The position numbers were made by a program, and so were the translations under genes. Positions 24,813 through 33,084 of a DNA stretch of 33,144 nucleotides are shown here, one piece after another. The first letter of the stretch is position 1. Every line of letters begins with the position of its first letter. The stretch comes from Candidatus Nomurabacteria bacterium RIFCSPLOWO2_01_FULL_36_10b (lineage in GTDB: Bacteria; Patescibacteriota; Minisyncoccia; Phycocordibacterales; UBA1006), in the NCBI GenBank assembly GCA_001785725.1, contig MFUQ01000003.1, positions 1 to 33,144 of the forward strand, written 5' to 3'. The notes below the pieces were generated by a model. That model was not told the origin of the DNA. It made no database searches and was given only the letters and a program-made list of their open reading frames with translations.

Positions 24813-25760
24813 ATGAAATCAATTATTAGATTCACAAATTATATCGTATGGGGAATGTTTTCTATTGGGATAGGTGCAGGTCTTAGTATCGGTGTTTTTA
24901 TTGGTGGCTCTAAACTTGCCGATATTTATAACAATAATTCTTCTACATTTCTTGCACAAGCAAGCTCTGCATTGGATATGACTGAAGAAGAATCTATACT
25001 ATCTGACGATACAAATCTTTTTAATACTGAGTCTGAAGAAATAATATCAGATTCTCTCGCAACGCGAGAGAATTCATTTAAGAACATAATTCCTCAACCG
25101 CGCGCACTCATAACACCAACACATTATGTTGAAGTTCCTCTCATTGATAGCTACTTATTTGATAAAGGATCGTGTCCTTCCAAAGATGTTCTTGAACAAC
25201 CTCGTTATTTTGCTCCAATGAGTCGTGGTTTTGACATTGGGAAATATGTACCAAGTTTTCTTGTGAAAATAGAAAAAGAAATACCAACAAAAGACAATAG
25301 GTCAATTTGTATTGATGAAACAACAGCAGTTAATTTATTAACTATGCTAAGAGATGCGCGTGATGCTGGGCATCATATAGTTATAACATCAGGATATCGC
25401 TCACGAACAGAGCAGAAAAGTCTTTATGCTGACAATATTGCCGAACATGGTAAAGGTGAATTACTACGTGTTGCTGAACCAGGACATTCGGAACATCAAT
25501 TAGGCACAACGGTTGATTTGGCAGCCGCTTCGGATGACTACGCTTCAGCGTCACTTGCTTTTGCAAAATCACCAGAGGGAAAATGGATTACAAAACACGC
25601 TTCACAATATGGTTTCGTTATGAGTTACCCAAAAGGATACGAGGATGAAACTGGCTATATCTATGAGCCATGGCACTGGCGTTTTGTTGGAACAGACAAT
25701 GTGGATATATTTAATAAAGATACTAATGATACATACGTGCAAGTTCAATATCTCAACTAA
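24813..25760 (+). CDS. Membrane-anchored D-alanyl-D-alanine carboxypeptidase-family peptidase (M15B, VanY-like)
   Basis: ATG at 24813. An N-terminal TM segment (YIVWGMFSIGIGAGLSIGVFIGG). The catalytic domain motifs are ITSGYRSRTEQ, EPGHSEHQLGTTVDL and YEPWHWRFVG, the Zn ligands H-x6-D...H of the VanY/M15 fold. Confidence 0.85.
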   Translation: MKSIIRFTNYIVWGMFSIGIGAGLSIGVFIGGSKLADIYNNNSSTFLAQASSALDMTEEESILSDDTNLFNTESEEIISDSLATRENSFKNIIPQPRALITPTHYVEVPLIDSYLFDKGSCPSKDVLEQPRYFAPMSRGFDIGKYVPSFLVKIEKEIPTKDNRSICIDETTAVNLLTMLRDARDAGHHIVITSGYRSRTEQKSLYADNIAEHGKGELLRVAEPGHSEHQLGTTVDLAAASDDYASASLAFAKSPEGKWITKHASQYGFVMSYPKGYEDETGYIYEPWHWRFVGTDNVDIFNKDTNDTYVQVQYLN

Positions 25761-25761
25761 C

Positions 25762-25791
25762 AAAAACCAGCCTTACAGGGGCTGGTTTTTT
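25762..25791. terminator. Bidirectional intrinsic terminator in a convergent gap
   Basis: AAAAACCAGCC-ttacagg-GGCTGGTTTTTT has an A-tract on one side and a T-tract on the other. It starts 2 nt after the peptidase stop. Confidence 0.8.
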
Positions 25792-25819
25792 GAGCCAAGA
25801 TGACCTCTTTACTTGGCTC
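25792..25819 (-). terminator. Second hairpin in the convergent gap, proximal to the orphan minus-strand ORF
   Basis: GAGCCAAG-(12 nt)-CTTGGCTC, a perfect 8-bp stem 13 nt after the orphan ORF stop codon. It has no U-run of its own; the adjacent bidirectional terminator would supply one. Confidence 0.4.
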
Positions 25820-25831
25820 GGAGGCAAAAAT

Positions 25832-26167
25832 TCATGGCGTGGTAACAACTGAAGAAACAATTCCTATTGCTCCAGTTATTATCTTAATCAAAAAATTGCT
25901 TGCTTCCGAAACAGGACAAGGCACTAGCCCGCCCTTTGTTTCAGAATATCTTACATTTTCGTGAATTGACAAATCATGACTGCCAATCACGTTAGTTGCT
26001 TTCAGGAAAGCTACCATTTCTGAAACTCCCGCTGTGTTCGCCACGACTCCTTTCCGAAATAATACATTTCCGTGGACATTTTTTTCCGGTTCAGAACTGG
26101 AGCAGATGGCCAAGCAAATTTTATTTCGCTCAGGCCTGTGGCCGATAAAAACAAAAAGTTTTTCCAT
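25832..26167 (-). CDS. Orphan hypothetical protein, 111 aa, possible C-terminal tail anchor
   Basis: A clean ATG..TGA ORF with terminators on both sides. The C-terminus FLIKIITGAIGIVSSVVTT is hydrophobic. I recognise no family motif. Confidence 0.4.
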   Translation of the reverse strand: MEKLFVFIGHRPERNKICLAICSSSEPEKNVHGNVLFRKGVVANTAGVSEMVAFLKATNVIGSHDLSIHENVRYSETKGGLVPCPVSEASNFLIKIITGAIGIVSSVVTTP

Positions 26168-26259
26168 TATTTAAAAAATTTAGTGTTTTTGAAATATTCA
26201 AATGAAGAATACTCTTATTTATAAGAAAGACAAGTTAGATATGAACAGATGAAACAAAT

Positions 26260-26290
26260 AAAAAATCTCGCAGAGCGAGATTTAAAAAAA
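26260..26290 (-). terminator. Intrinsic terminator after smc
   Basis: ATCTCGC-aga-GCGAGAT, a 7-bp stem flanked by A-runs on the plus strand. On the minus strand the hairpin is followed by TTTTTT. Confidence 0.7.
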
Positions 26291-26305
26291 TATATTACAT
26301 AAAAA

Positions 26306-28648
26306 TTATTTTGCATATTGAACTGCGTCTTCTAGCTTAACTGATAGAAGTTGCGATGAATTATCTGAACCAAGAGTTACGCCATAAAGTACGTGAGCGC
26401 GTGACATTGTCTCACGATTATGAGTAACTATTATTAATTGTGAAACTGATGATAGATTTTGAATCATATCTCCATAACGCTGGCTATTTGCCTCATCAAG
26501 GGTTGCGTCTGTTTCGTCTAATACAAGAAATGGCGGTGGGTTAACTTGTGTAAGAGCAAATAGAAATGCAATTGATGTAAGCGAACGCTCACCACCAGAA
26601 AGCATTTGCAAATCTTGAACACGCTTACGTGGCAACTGCACTATAACATCAATGCCTTCTTCTTTAACCAAATCTTCACTATCTTCATCAAGATTATCCT
26701 CATTGCTATTATTGCCATCAATATCTTCTTCTGTAATTTCATCTTCTAATATAGATTTGCGACGACGTTGTTCAATTGGGGCAATATTAACGCGCGCGTT
26801 TCCACCACCAAACATAGTTTTAAATAAATCATTAAAGCGTATATTTATATTTTCAATGCCTTTCTCAAATTCACTTCGCAATTTCATCGTTAAATCATTC
26901 ATCATGTCTTCAAGCGATTTCATTGATGCCTCAAGGTCATTTATTTCTCTTTCAAGAAACTTATCACGTTCAGTTACTTCATTATATTCTTGAATAATGT
27001 CTGTACCAGACCCTCCTCCAATTTCTTCTATTTTGATTTTTATTCGTTCTATAGAACGTCTTTCATTTTCAAGATGACTTGTAACCGCGCCCATATCAAG
27101 TGCCGATGGCGTAGTAAAATCAAATGATGGTTTCTCTTTACTATATGTTTTTATATCTGGCCCAATAAGTGTTTCCGCTTCATCAAGTTCTTCTTGAAAG
27201 GCGCGTTCTGCTGTTTCTTGCGCTTCCAAGCGAAGTGTCAGCATATTTAATTTTGACTGCAATTCATTGTGTTGCGTGTGCAAAGCGAAAAGGGATTGCT
27301 CTCTATCTCTGTTTAAACGCACGTGTTCCTCATTATGCGCAAGCAACTCTAGCTCTTCGGTGCGCAAATCATTTTCACGGCTAACTAGAACACTTAGCTT
27401 CTCGCTTAGTGTCGCATACTCTGATTTTAATTCTATTAAACGTTTATTTGCGTCATCACTTATGGCTGATTCTTTATCTGTATATGTCTGCTCATCTCTG
27501 TGTGTTGTTTGTAAAGTTCTAAGTTTCTTTTGTAATTTTTTAAGTCCAGAAATAATTTCATCAACGGACTTTAATGATTGAAGTGTCACAATTTCACGGT
27601 CTATGTCTGTCATCCATGTAACAACAGTTCCCCATGAGATTCGTATTAGAGTTTTTTGAGAAGTTGATGGCAAAACTTGTGTCTGTATTGCTTCAAGTGT
27701 TCCTTCAACCCGCCCAATTAGACGTGTTATTTCGTCCTTATCATGACGAAGAGATTCATATTCTTTAGCAATATCTTTTAATCTGTTTTCTTCTTTTGAA
27801 AAAACATTATCCATTTTAGATTTTTGCTCATCTAATGTTCGCCCAATAGTAATGATGTCATAATTTACTTTTTCATATGAGTTTTCTAACTCTTCACGCT
27901 GGAATCTTAAATATGCTTCTTCCGTACTACAATATGTAAGCATTCTTTCAAGAAGATCTTTACGCAACGTTATTGCTTTTTCAATTTTATCAACCTGATG
28001 TTTAAGAAAATTCATGTGAGGAGCTATTTCGCGTCTCAATGATTTTGCCTCTTTCATATGTTCTCGCGTTTTATCCAATTTCCTTTGAGCTTCTTTTATA
28101 CGATAATGATATATTTTCAATCCTAACGCATCTTCAAGCATAAATCTTCTTTCTCTTAAATTTGCATTTAACAATCTGTCTGCCTCACCTTGAGAAATAA
28201 TATGATACCCGGACGCTCCGATATTTACTGACGATATCACTTCCATGATGTCTCGCAATCGCACAATGTGCCCATTTATTGAATATGTATTTTGCCCGTC
28301 GCTAAAAACTTCACGTGTAATAGTTATCTCATCAAAATCTAAAGATATTTTATTATTGTCACTTGTTGTAAGATGAAATATACGGTCAGAATTATCAAAT
28401 ATAAGTGACACTGATGCTCTATTTAATGACCTTCCCCCACCAGAACCTTTGAAAATAAGATCAGGACCAGAACCGCCACGCAAGGACTTCATTGATTGCT
28501 CTCCTAGAACGAAACGTAGCGCTTCAACAATATTGGACTTGCCTGAACCATTTGGGCCAACAATAGCTGTTATTGGAGTGTCAAAAATTAACTCATTACT
28601 ATGAGCAAATGACTTAAATCCTTGGAGTTGCAAACTCTTTAGTTTCAT
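26306..28648 (-). CDS. smc: SMC-family chromosome segregation ATPase, unusually short with no recognisable hinge
   Basis: ATG at 28648: [15 protein letters not shown]....[33 protein letters not shown] is the SMC N-terminal head with Walker A. The C-terminal head has [17 protein letters not shown] (signature motif) and [12 protein letters not shown] (Walker B). Long heptad-rich K/E/L/R sequence lies between them. The rnc-smc synteny matches many bacteria. The alternative ATG at 28663 overlaps rnc. Confidence 0.8.
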   Translation of the reverse strand: MKLKSLQLQGFKSFAHSNELIFDTPITAIVGPNGSGKSNIVEALRFVLGEQSMKSLRGGSGPDLIFKGSGGGRSLNRASVSLIFDNSDRIFHLTTSDNNKISLDFDEITITREVFSDGQNTYSINGHIVRLRDIMEVISSVNIGASGYHIISQGEADRLLNANLRERRFMLEDALGLKIYHYRIKEAQRKLDKTREHMKEAKSLRREIAPHMNFLKHQVDKIEKAITLRKDLLERMLTYCSTEEAYLRFQREELENSYEKVNYDIITIGRTLDEQKSKMDNVFSKEENRLKDIAKEYESLRHDKDEITRLIGRVEGTLEAIQTQVLPSTSQKTLIRISWGTVVTWMTDIDREIVTLQSLKSVDEIISGLKKLQKKLRTLQTTHRDEQTYTDKESAISDDANKRLIELKSEYATLSEKLSVLVSRENDLRTEELELLAHNEEHVRLNRDREQSLFALHTQHNELQSKLNMLTLRLEAQETAERAFQEELDEAETLIGPDIKTYSKEKPSFDFTTPSALDMGAVTSHLENERRSIERIKIKIEEIGGGSGTDIIQEYNEVTERDKFLEREINDLEASMKSLEDMMNDLTMKLRSEFEKGIENINIRFNDLFKTMFGGGNARVNIAPIEQRRRKSILEDEITEEDIDGNNSNEDNLDEDSEDLVKEEGIDVIVQLPRKRVQDLQMLSGGERSLTSIAFLFALTQVNPPPFLVLDETDATLDEANSQRYGDMIQNLSSVSQLIIVTHNRETMSRAHVLYGVTLGSDNSSQLLSVKLEDAVQYAK

Positions 28649-28650
28649 AA

Positions 28651-29346
28651 TTATTTCTTCCATCCCATCTTTATTAGAGCGGCGCGAGCGGCTTTTTGCT
28701 CAGCGTCTTGTTTGCTGTGCCCTGTTCCTTCCGCAACAAGGTCATCGCCAAAAGCTATGCCAACTGTGAAAAGCTTGTCGTGGTCGGGGCCTACCTGATT
28801 AAGAACTATATATGATGGAGTTACTGAAAAAATATCTTGCGCTTTTTCTTGAACAAGCGATTTTGGGTCTTTCCATGTTCCTTCTTCAACAATTTGTATA
28901 ATATTTGGCCAAAGATATTTACCAATAAATTTTTCTGCTTCATTATATCCTTGGTCTAAATATAAAGCCCCAACGAATGCTTCAAATGTATTAGCAAGAA
29001 TATAATCACGTGCTTTCCCTGTATCTTTAGCTTCTCCTTTAGATAATAAAAGATAATCATCAAAATTGAGTTTACGTGCCACATCAGAGATTGATTCCGT
29101 ACGAACCAGCGCGGCTCTATATGCTGTTAATTCTCCCTCGGGAGTATTTGGATATGTATGAAAAAGATATTGCGTAATAGAAAGCTCAAGAACGGCATCG
29201 CCAAGATATTCCAATCTCTCATTATGTGATAAACCACTATCAGGATTTTCATTAATATATGAACGGTGTGTAAATGCTTGCTTTAGCAAGTCCTGATTAT
29301 CAAATGTTATACCAAGTGTTTGTTTTAGATCAGAAAAGTTTTTCAT
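28651..29346 (-). CDS. rnc: Ribonuclease III
   Basis: The signature NERLEYLGDAVLEL, then FEAFVGALYLD, and a C-terminal dsRBD (DPKSLVQE...GPDHDKLF...G.GHSKQDAEQKAARAAL). Confidence 0.93.
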   Translation of the reverse strand: MKNFSDLKQTLGITFDNQDLLKQAFTHRSYINENPDSGLSHNERLEYLGDAVLELSITQYLFHTYPNTPEGELTAYRAALVRTESISDVARKLNFDDYLLLSKGEAKDTGKARDYILANTFEAFVGALYLDQGYNEAEKFIGKYLWPNIIQIVEEGTWKDPKSLVQEKAQDIFSVTPSYIVLNQVGPDHDKLFTVGIAFGDDLVAEGTGHSKQDAEQKAARAALIKMGWKK

Positions 29347-29430
29347 ATCATTCTATATTTGATTTAATTACTACAGAATTTGGTTTGATTGTTGCAAAGC
29401 AATTATTATGATTATTCAAACACTAACAAA

Positions 29431-30330
29431 TTACTTATTACCAAGCAACTTTTCTGCGGCAATTGCTACAAAATTAGTTATATTCTCATACATTCGTAAT
29501 TCTGCGACATCAGTCAAAGGAAACCATTTTGCATCATCAAGCCCACCAGATTTTCCTAATGTTACAGGTGTATATTCTGATTCCGCTAAAAAATAATGGA
29601 CTTGCTTACGAATTTTCCCTTTTTCCGGATGATTAGCAACATATTCACTTTCTCCTAATTTATCTACAATCTTAATATCAAGATTCATCTCTTCTTTTAT
29701 TTCACGAATAGCGGCATTTTCTGGTGTTTCGTTATCTTCTATGCCTCCTTTTGAAAGTGTCCAAAAACCAAACACGTCATGGAGCATAGCTAAATAGTAC
29801 TGTCCTTCATGCAATGAATATACAATAGCACCGGCCTTTTTTTCAATAGGCATTTCATCGTAAGAAATTTCTTTTGGAATTTTACGTTTACTTAATTGCT
29901 CCTTCCCCGGTTCGCCAATTTCTTTATACACGGCGCCAAGTACTCCGTTAACGAAACGACTGCTAGATTCTCCGCCAAATGATTTTGCAAGTTCTATTGC
30001 TTCATTAATTGCAACTTTTGGTGGGACATTGCTATGGTCGCCAAAAAGTAACTCGTATAAACCAAGACGTAAAATATTTCTATCAACGGCATTAATTTTA
30101 TCAATGGGCCATTCTGGAGCTGCTTTTTGTATTACTTCATCAATGATAGATTTCTTTCCAATAACGCCAATAAGAAGATTCATAATGAATTGTTGATTTT
30201 CTATACCCGGAGCAAATTCTTGTATATTATATTCTAGAATATCTTGAGCAGAGGACTCAAGAGAGGGATTGAAGTCAAATGCAAACAATGTTTGCATAAC
30301 AACTGAACGCGCTAAATGTCGATTTGCCAT
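29431..30330 (-). CDS. nusB: NusB (transcription antitermination) - Nudix hydrolase fusion protein
   Basis: ATG at 30330; the track start at 30357 is a TTG. The N-terminal ~140 aa look like NusB: ARSVVMQTLFAFDF, VDRNILRLGLYELLF...VPPKVAINEAIELAKSFGGESSSRFVNGVLG. The C-terminal ~150 aa carry a Nudix box, GGIEDNETPENAAIREIKEEMNL (G-x5-E-x7-REUxEExGU, with only the last G replaced by N). It is one uninterrupted ORF. Confidence 0.8.
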   Translation of the reverse strand: MANRHLARSVVMQTLFAFDFNPSLESSAQDILEYNIQEFAPGIENQQFIMNLLIGVIGKKSIIDEVIQKAAPEWPIDKINAVDRNILRLGLYELLFGDHSNVPPKVAINEAIELAKSFGGESSSRFVNGVLGAVYKEIGEPGKEQLSKRKIPKEISYDEMPIEKKAGAIVYSLHEGQYYLAMLHDVFGFWTLSKGGIEDNETPENAAIREIKEEMNLDIKIVDKLGESEYVANHPEKGKIRKQVHYFLAESEYTPVTLGKSGGLDDAKWFPLTDVAELRMYENITNFVAIAAEKLLGNK

Positions 30331-30417
30331 ATACAGCAGTAATAAATAATGAAACAATAATTATTAAGAGTATAGCATGACATAAAAGAAAAGCTAGTGC
30401 TACCTCTTTTCTTTTAT

Positions 30418-30492
30418 GCTCCCCTAGTTGTAGGGGAGCTCTCCTGCGAAGCCACGCTTGGCGTGGCGAAGCAGGAGTGAGGGGTATGGTAT
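30418..30492 (-). repeat. GC-rich compound-hairpin repeat (family 1, copy B), inverted relative to copy A, abutting the rpmF stop
   Basis: GCTCCCCT-agttgt-AGGGGAGC-t-CTCCTGC-gaa-GCCACGC-ttg-GCGTGGC-gaa-GCAGGAG-tGAGGGGtatggtat. It ends 3 nt from the rpmF TAA (30496-30498). Confidence 0.8.
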
Positions 30493-30495
30493 CCT

Positions 30496-30726
30496 TTACC
30501 CTTCGCGCTTTTTAATTTTAGCTTGACGTTTTTTAGTTTTAGCAACTACATCAATAACATTTTTGCCACGATACGTGCCACATTCCATACACGCTCTATG
30601 AGGAAGCTTCAATGCGGAACAATTCTCGCACTTACGAAGTGTTGGAGTTACTAAAGCATGATGTGAGCGACGATTTGCTGTGTGCGCTCTTGTATGTCGC
30701 ATTCGTATAACCATATGTTGAGCCAT
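30496..30726 (-). CDS. rpmF: 50S ribosomal protein L32
   Basis: RMRHTRAHTANRRSHHAL followed by a CxxC...CxxC zinc ribbon (CENCSALKLPHRACMECGTYRGK). Size and layout fit L32. The start is the ATG at 30726 or at 30714. Confidence 0.85.
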   Translation of the reverse strand: MAQHMVIRMRHTRAHTANRRSHHALVTPTLRKCENCSALKLPHRACMECGTYRGKNVIDVVAKTKKRQAKIKKREG

Positions 30727-30849
30727 TATACATACACTTTGAGAAAATACAAGTCGTATGAACTTGCGCTATCGCAATGCGGGATATAGTAATATTGCTT
30801 TCATTCTAATGCAAAGTGTGTTAATATTATTATATAATTTTCTGTATAT

Positions 30850-33051
30850 ATGTATATGTGTTTTCGCTGTATTTCTCATATCTATTTTAAACATATTTTT
30901 TATTGTCTGGGAATTTTATTTCTAGTCATCATATTTTTTGCAAATACAAAATTAAATATAACAGAAGCGGCAATTATAACTGTTGATGAAGTTGCTTGTA
31001 CACTATCTGATGCCATCACAGCAAGTAATAATGATGCCGACCAAGGCACATGTACTGTCGCTGGTGGTGATGTAAGTGGTAGTTATGGAGATGACACAAT
31101 TAATATAACAACAGATAGCGCTGGAGGATGGTCAGTAATAAATGACCCAAATAGCAACATTACCATAGAAGGGAATGACCATACTTTAAATTTAGGTGGC
31201 TTAACACAAATTACTGTAGAAAGTCCAAATGCAGTAACTTTCCAAAATATTATACTAAGTAACGGATACGGGCTTAGTGGTGGCACAATTTATGCTCCAG
31301 AAACTTCAGCAAACCGTGAAATAATACTTGATAATGTAACAATTGAAAATGGTAATGCTGACATATTTGGAGGAGGAATATATATGATATCTGGTATTCT
31401 AACAATAACTGATAGCACATTTGATAATAACAGCGCGCCTTGGGGCCCAGCTATATTTGCAACAACAAATTCATTTCCACTTACAGTATCTATATCCGAT
31501 ACAACAATATCAAATAATAGTGGGGGATTTTACACTATAAGTTTAGGCCAGTCAAATGATGAAAATACACCACAAGATATAACGACAACATTTGAGAACA
31601 TTGTTTTTTCTGATAACACAGCCTATGGATCTGGGGTTGTAATTGGATCAGAATCTTTTTACAGTAGCGGTGCAACAGCAGACGCAACATTTGAAAATAT
31701 TGTTTTCAAAAATAACGAATCCATATCATCAGACCCAGTTGGTTTTGACATTTGGTGGGAAGGAACATATACATTTGAAAATATAACTATGCATGGGAAT
31801 TCATCAGCAAGTGGAATAGTTGGATTTAGTTTCCAAAACCAGCTTATGGATATAACAATAAAACACGTAACGCTCGCGGAAAATGATGCTACGGGAGTTG
31901 GCATTTATATGGAAGAAAATAACCACACATGGGAACCAATTAATATAAGTATAGGTAACAACATAATATACGACAACACAATTGATACGTCTGGAGAGTA
32001 TTTTTATACGTGCGCGGAAGAAAATTCTCCTATATTTGGAGATTTTACATTACTTGGAGGAAATATGTTTGAGTCCACTGATGTGGGGGGTGGTTTGGAA
32101 GAATGTACTTCTGATTGGGATGAGCCAATCAATACTATTGGAGTTGATCCTATGTTGGACTCCCTAACACTTGATAATGAAACATACGTTGTTCCACTTC
32201 TGCCTGGCTCACCAGCTATTGATTTCGGCCTTGATTTAGATGTTGATGAAGACCAACGTGGGGAATCTCGCCCATTTGATGGCGATGGCGACGGGATTGA
32301 AGGATATGACAGTGGAGCGTATGAATATGCAGTAGAAGAAGATGACCAGTTATTAGAAGAACAGTGCACGAGTAGAGATTGCCTTCCTCAATATTATCGT
32401 TTTGCGTGTAAGAATCCTTCTGCTGACCCATACTTAACTAATTTTTTCCTAAGGCCATCAGACCCTCGTTTCTTCTTCTATGTAAATAATCCATTTTTTT
32501 GTAGATTCGCAGAATTTGATTTTGACATATTGCCTTCTGACGAAGATATTATTAAGAATGAAGAATTGCTAGATTTATTTTATACAACTCTTGATTTACC
32601 AAGAATCATTGAAGAACTTGCGAAACTTCTTAAAGAAGATGAAACTGTTCTTGAAAATGCCGCGTGCCCAGTTTTCAGTGGTTCAATTAGACCAGGACAA
32701 AAATTAGAGCCACGTGATGGACATCAGGTTGCTCGTTGGCAACTATTCTTGAAGAAGTACTATAGTGAGCCATTAAAAGTCAGTGGAATGTACGTGACAG
32801 AAACACAAAATGCAATAGAGCGTTTTCAAGAAAGATACGCCGAAGCTATTCTGCGTCCATGGACATGGGGACCTAGTACTTTACAATTCCGTCCTACACG
32901 ACGTATATATAAACTAACAAATGCAACTGGCAATTATCTCATGGGATGCCCAGTTGAGAATCAGTGGATAGAAGATGCAAAATTATTTTTTGACATTAGT
33001 GAGGCCTTAAAAAACATTTATAATCTTGTTCCATTTAGAACACTTCCGTAA
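30850..33051 (+). CDS. Large secreted or membrane-anchored right-handed beta-helix protein with a C-terminal peptidoglycan-binding-like domain
   Basis: An N-terminal hydrophobic anchor (FYCLGILFLVIIFFA). A CSLREA-like motif, CTLSDAITASNNDADQGTC. Repeated beta-helix rungs: FQNIILSNGYGLSGG, LDNVTIENGNADIFGGGIY, ITDSTFDNNSAP, FENIVFSDNTAYG, FENIVFKNNES, FENITMHGNSS. A choice-of-anchor-Q-like end: DPMLDSL..LLPGSPAIDFG...DQRGESRP...GYDSGAYEY. A PG_binding_1-like motif: GHQVARWQLFLKKYY...VSGMYVTETQNAIERFQERY. Confidence 0.75.
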   Translation: MYMCFRCISHIYFKHIFYCLGILFLVIIFFANTKLNITEAAIITVDEVACTLSDAITASNNDADQGTCTVAGGDVSGSYGDDTINITTDSAGGWSVINDPNSNITIEGNDHTLNLGGLTQITVESPNAVTFQNIILSNGYGLSGGTIYAPETSANREIILDNVTIENGNADIFGGGIYMISGILTITDSTFDNNSAPWGPAIFATTNSFPLTVSISDTTISNNSGGFYTISLGQSNDENTPQDITTTFENIVFSDNTAYGSGVVIGSESFYSSGATADATFENIVFKNNESISSDPVGFDIWWEGTYTFENITMHGNSSASGIVGFSFQNQLMDITIKHVTLAENDATGVGIYMEENNHTWEPINISIGNNIIYDNTIDTSGEYFYTCAEENSPIFGDFTLLGGNMFESTDVGGGLEECTSDWDEPINTIGVDPMLDSLTLDNETYVVPLLPGSPAIDFGLDLDVDEDQRGESRPFDGDGDGIEGYDSGAYEYAVEEDDQLLEEQCTSRDCLPQYYRFACKNPSADPYLTNFFLRPSDPRFFFYVNNPFFCRFAEFDFDILPSDEDIIKNEELLDLFYTTLDLPRIIEELAKLLKEDETVLENAACPVFSGSIRPGQKLEPRDGHQVARWQLFLKKYYSEPLKVSGMYVTETQNAIERFQERYAEAILRPWTWGPSTLQFRPTRRIYKLTNATGNYLMGCPVENQWIEDAKLFFDISEALKNIYNLVPFRTLP

Positions 33052-33084
33052 TTAACCCCCATCTGCTCAAGCAGGATGACTTAC

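Noticed and set aside
25832-26167. Horizontal-transfer origin of the orphan ORF based on base composition
   Set aside because: Hand counts of 60-nt blocks give roughly 35-47% GC. That range overlaps values in conserved parts of neighbouring core genes. I cannot compute a reliable genome baseline here, so I make no composition-based claim.
21129-32431. Shadow ORFs in trmD, the KH gene, rnr, the VanY-like gene, smc, nusB and the beta-helix gene (e.g. 21129..21320, 21510..21713, 21754..21984, 23116..23388, 23339..23551, 23947..24153, 24000..24281, 25141..25323, 25381..25572, 26652..26993, 27169..27384, 27267..27581, 29408..29596, 31083..31286, 31659..31904, 31982..32167, 32004..32369, 32216..32431)
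   Set aside because: The reasoning is the same: they are embedded in better-supported genes and have no conserved motifs.
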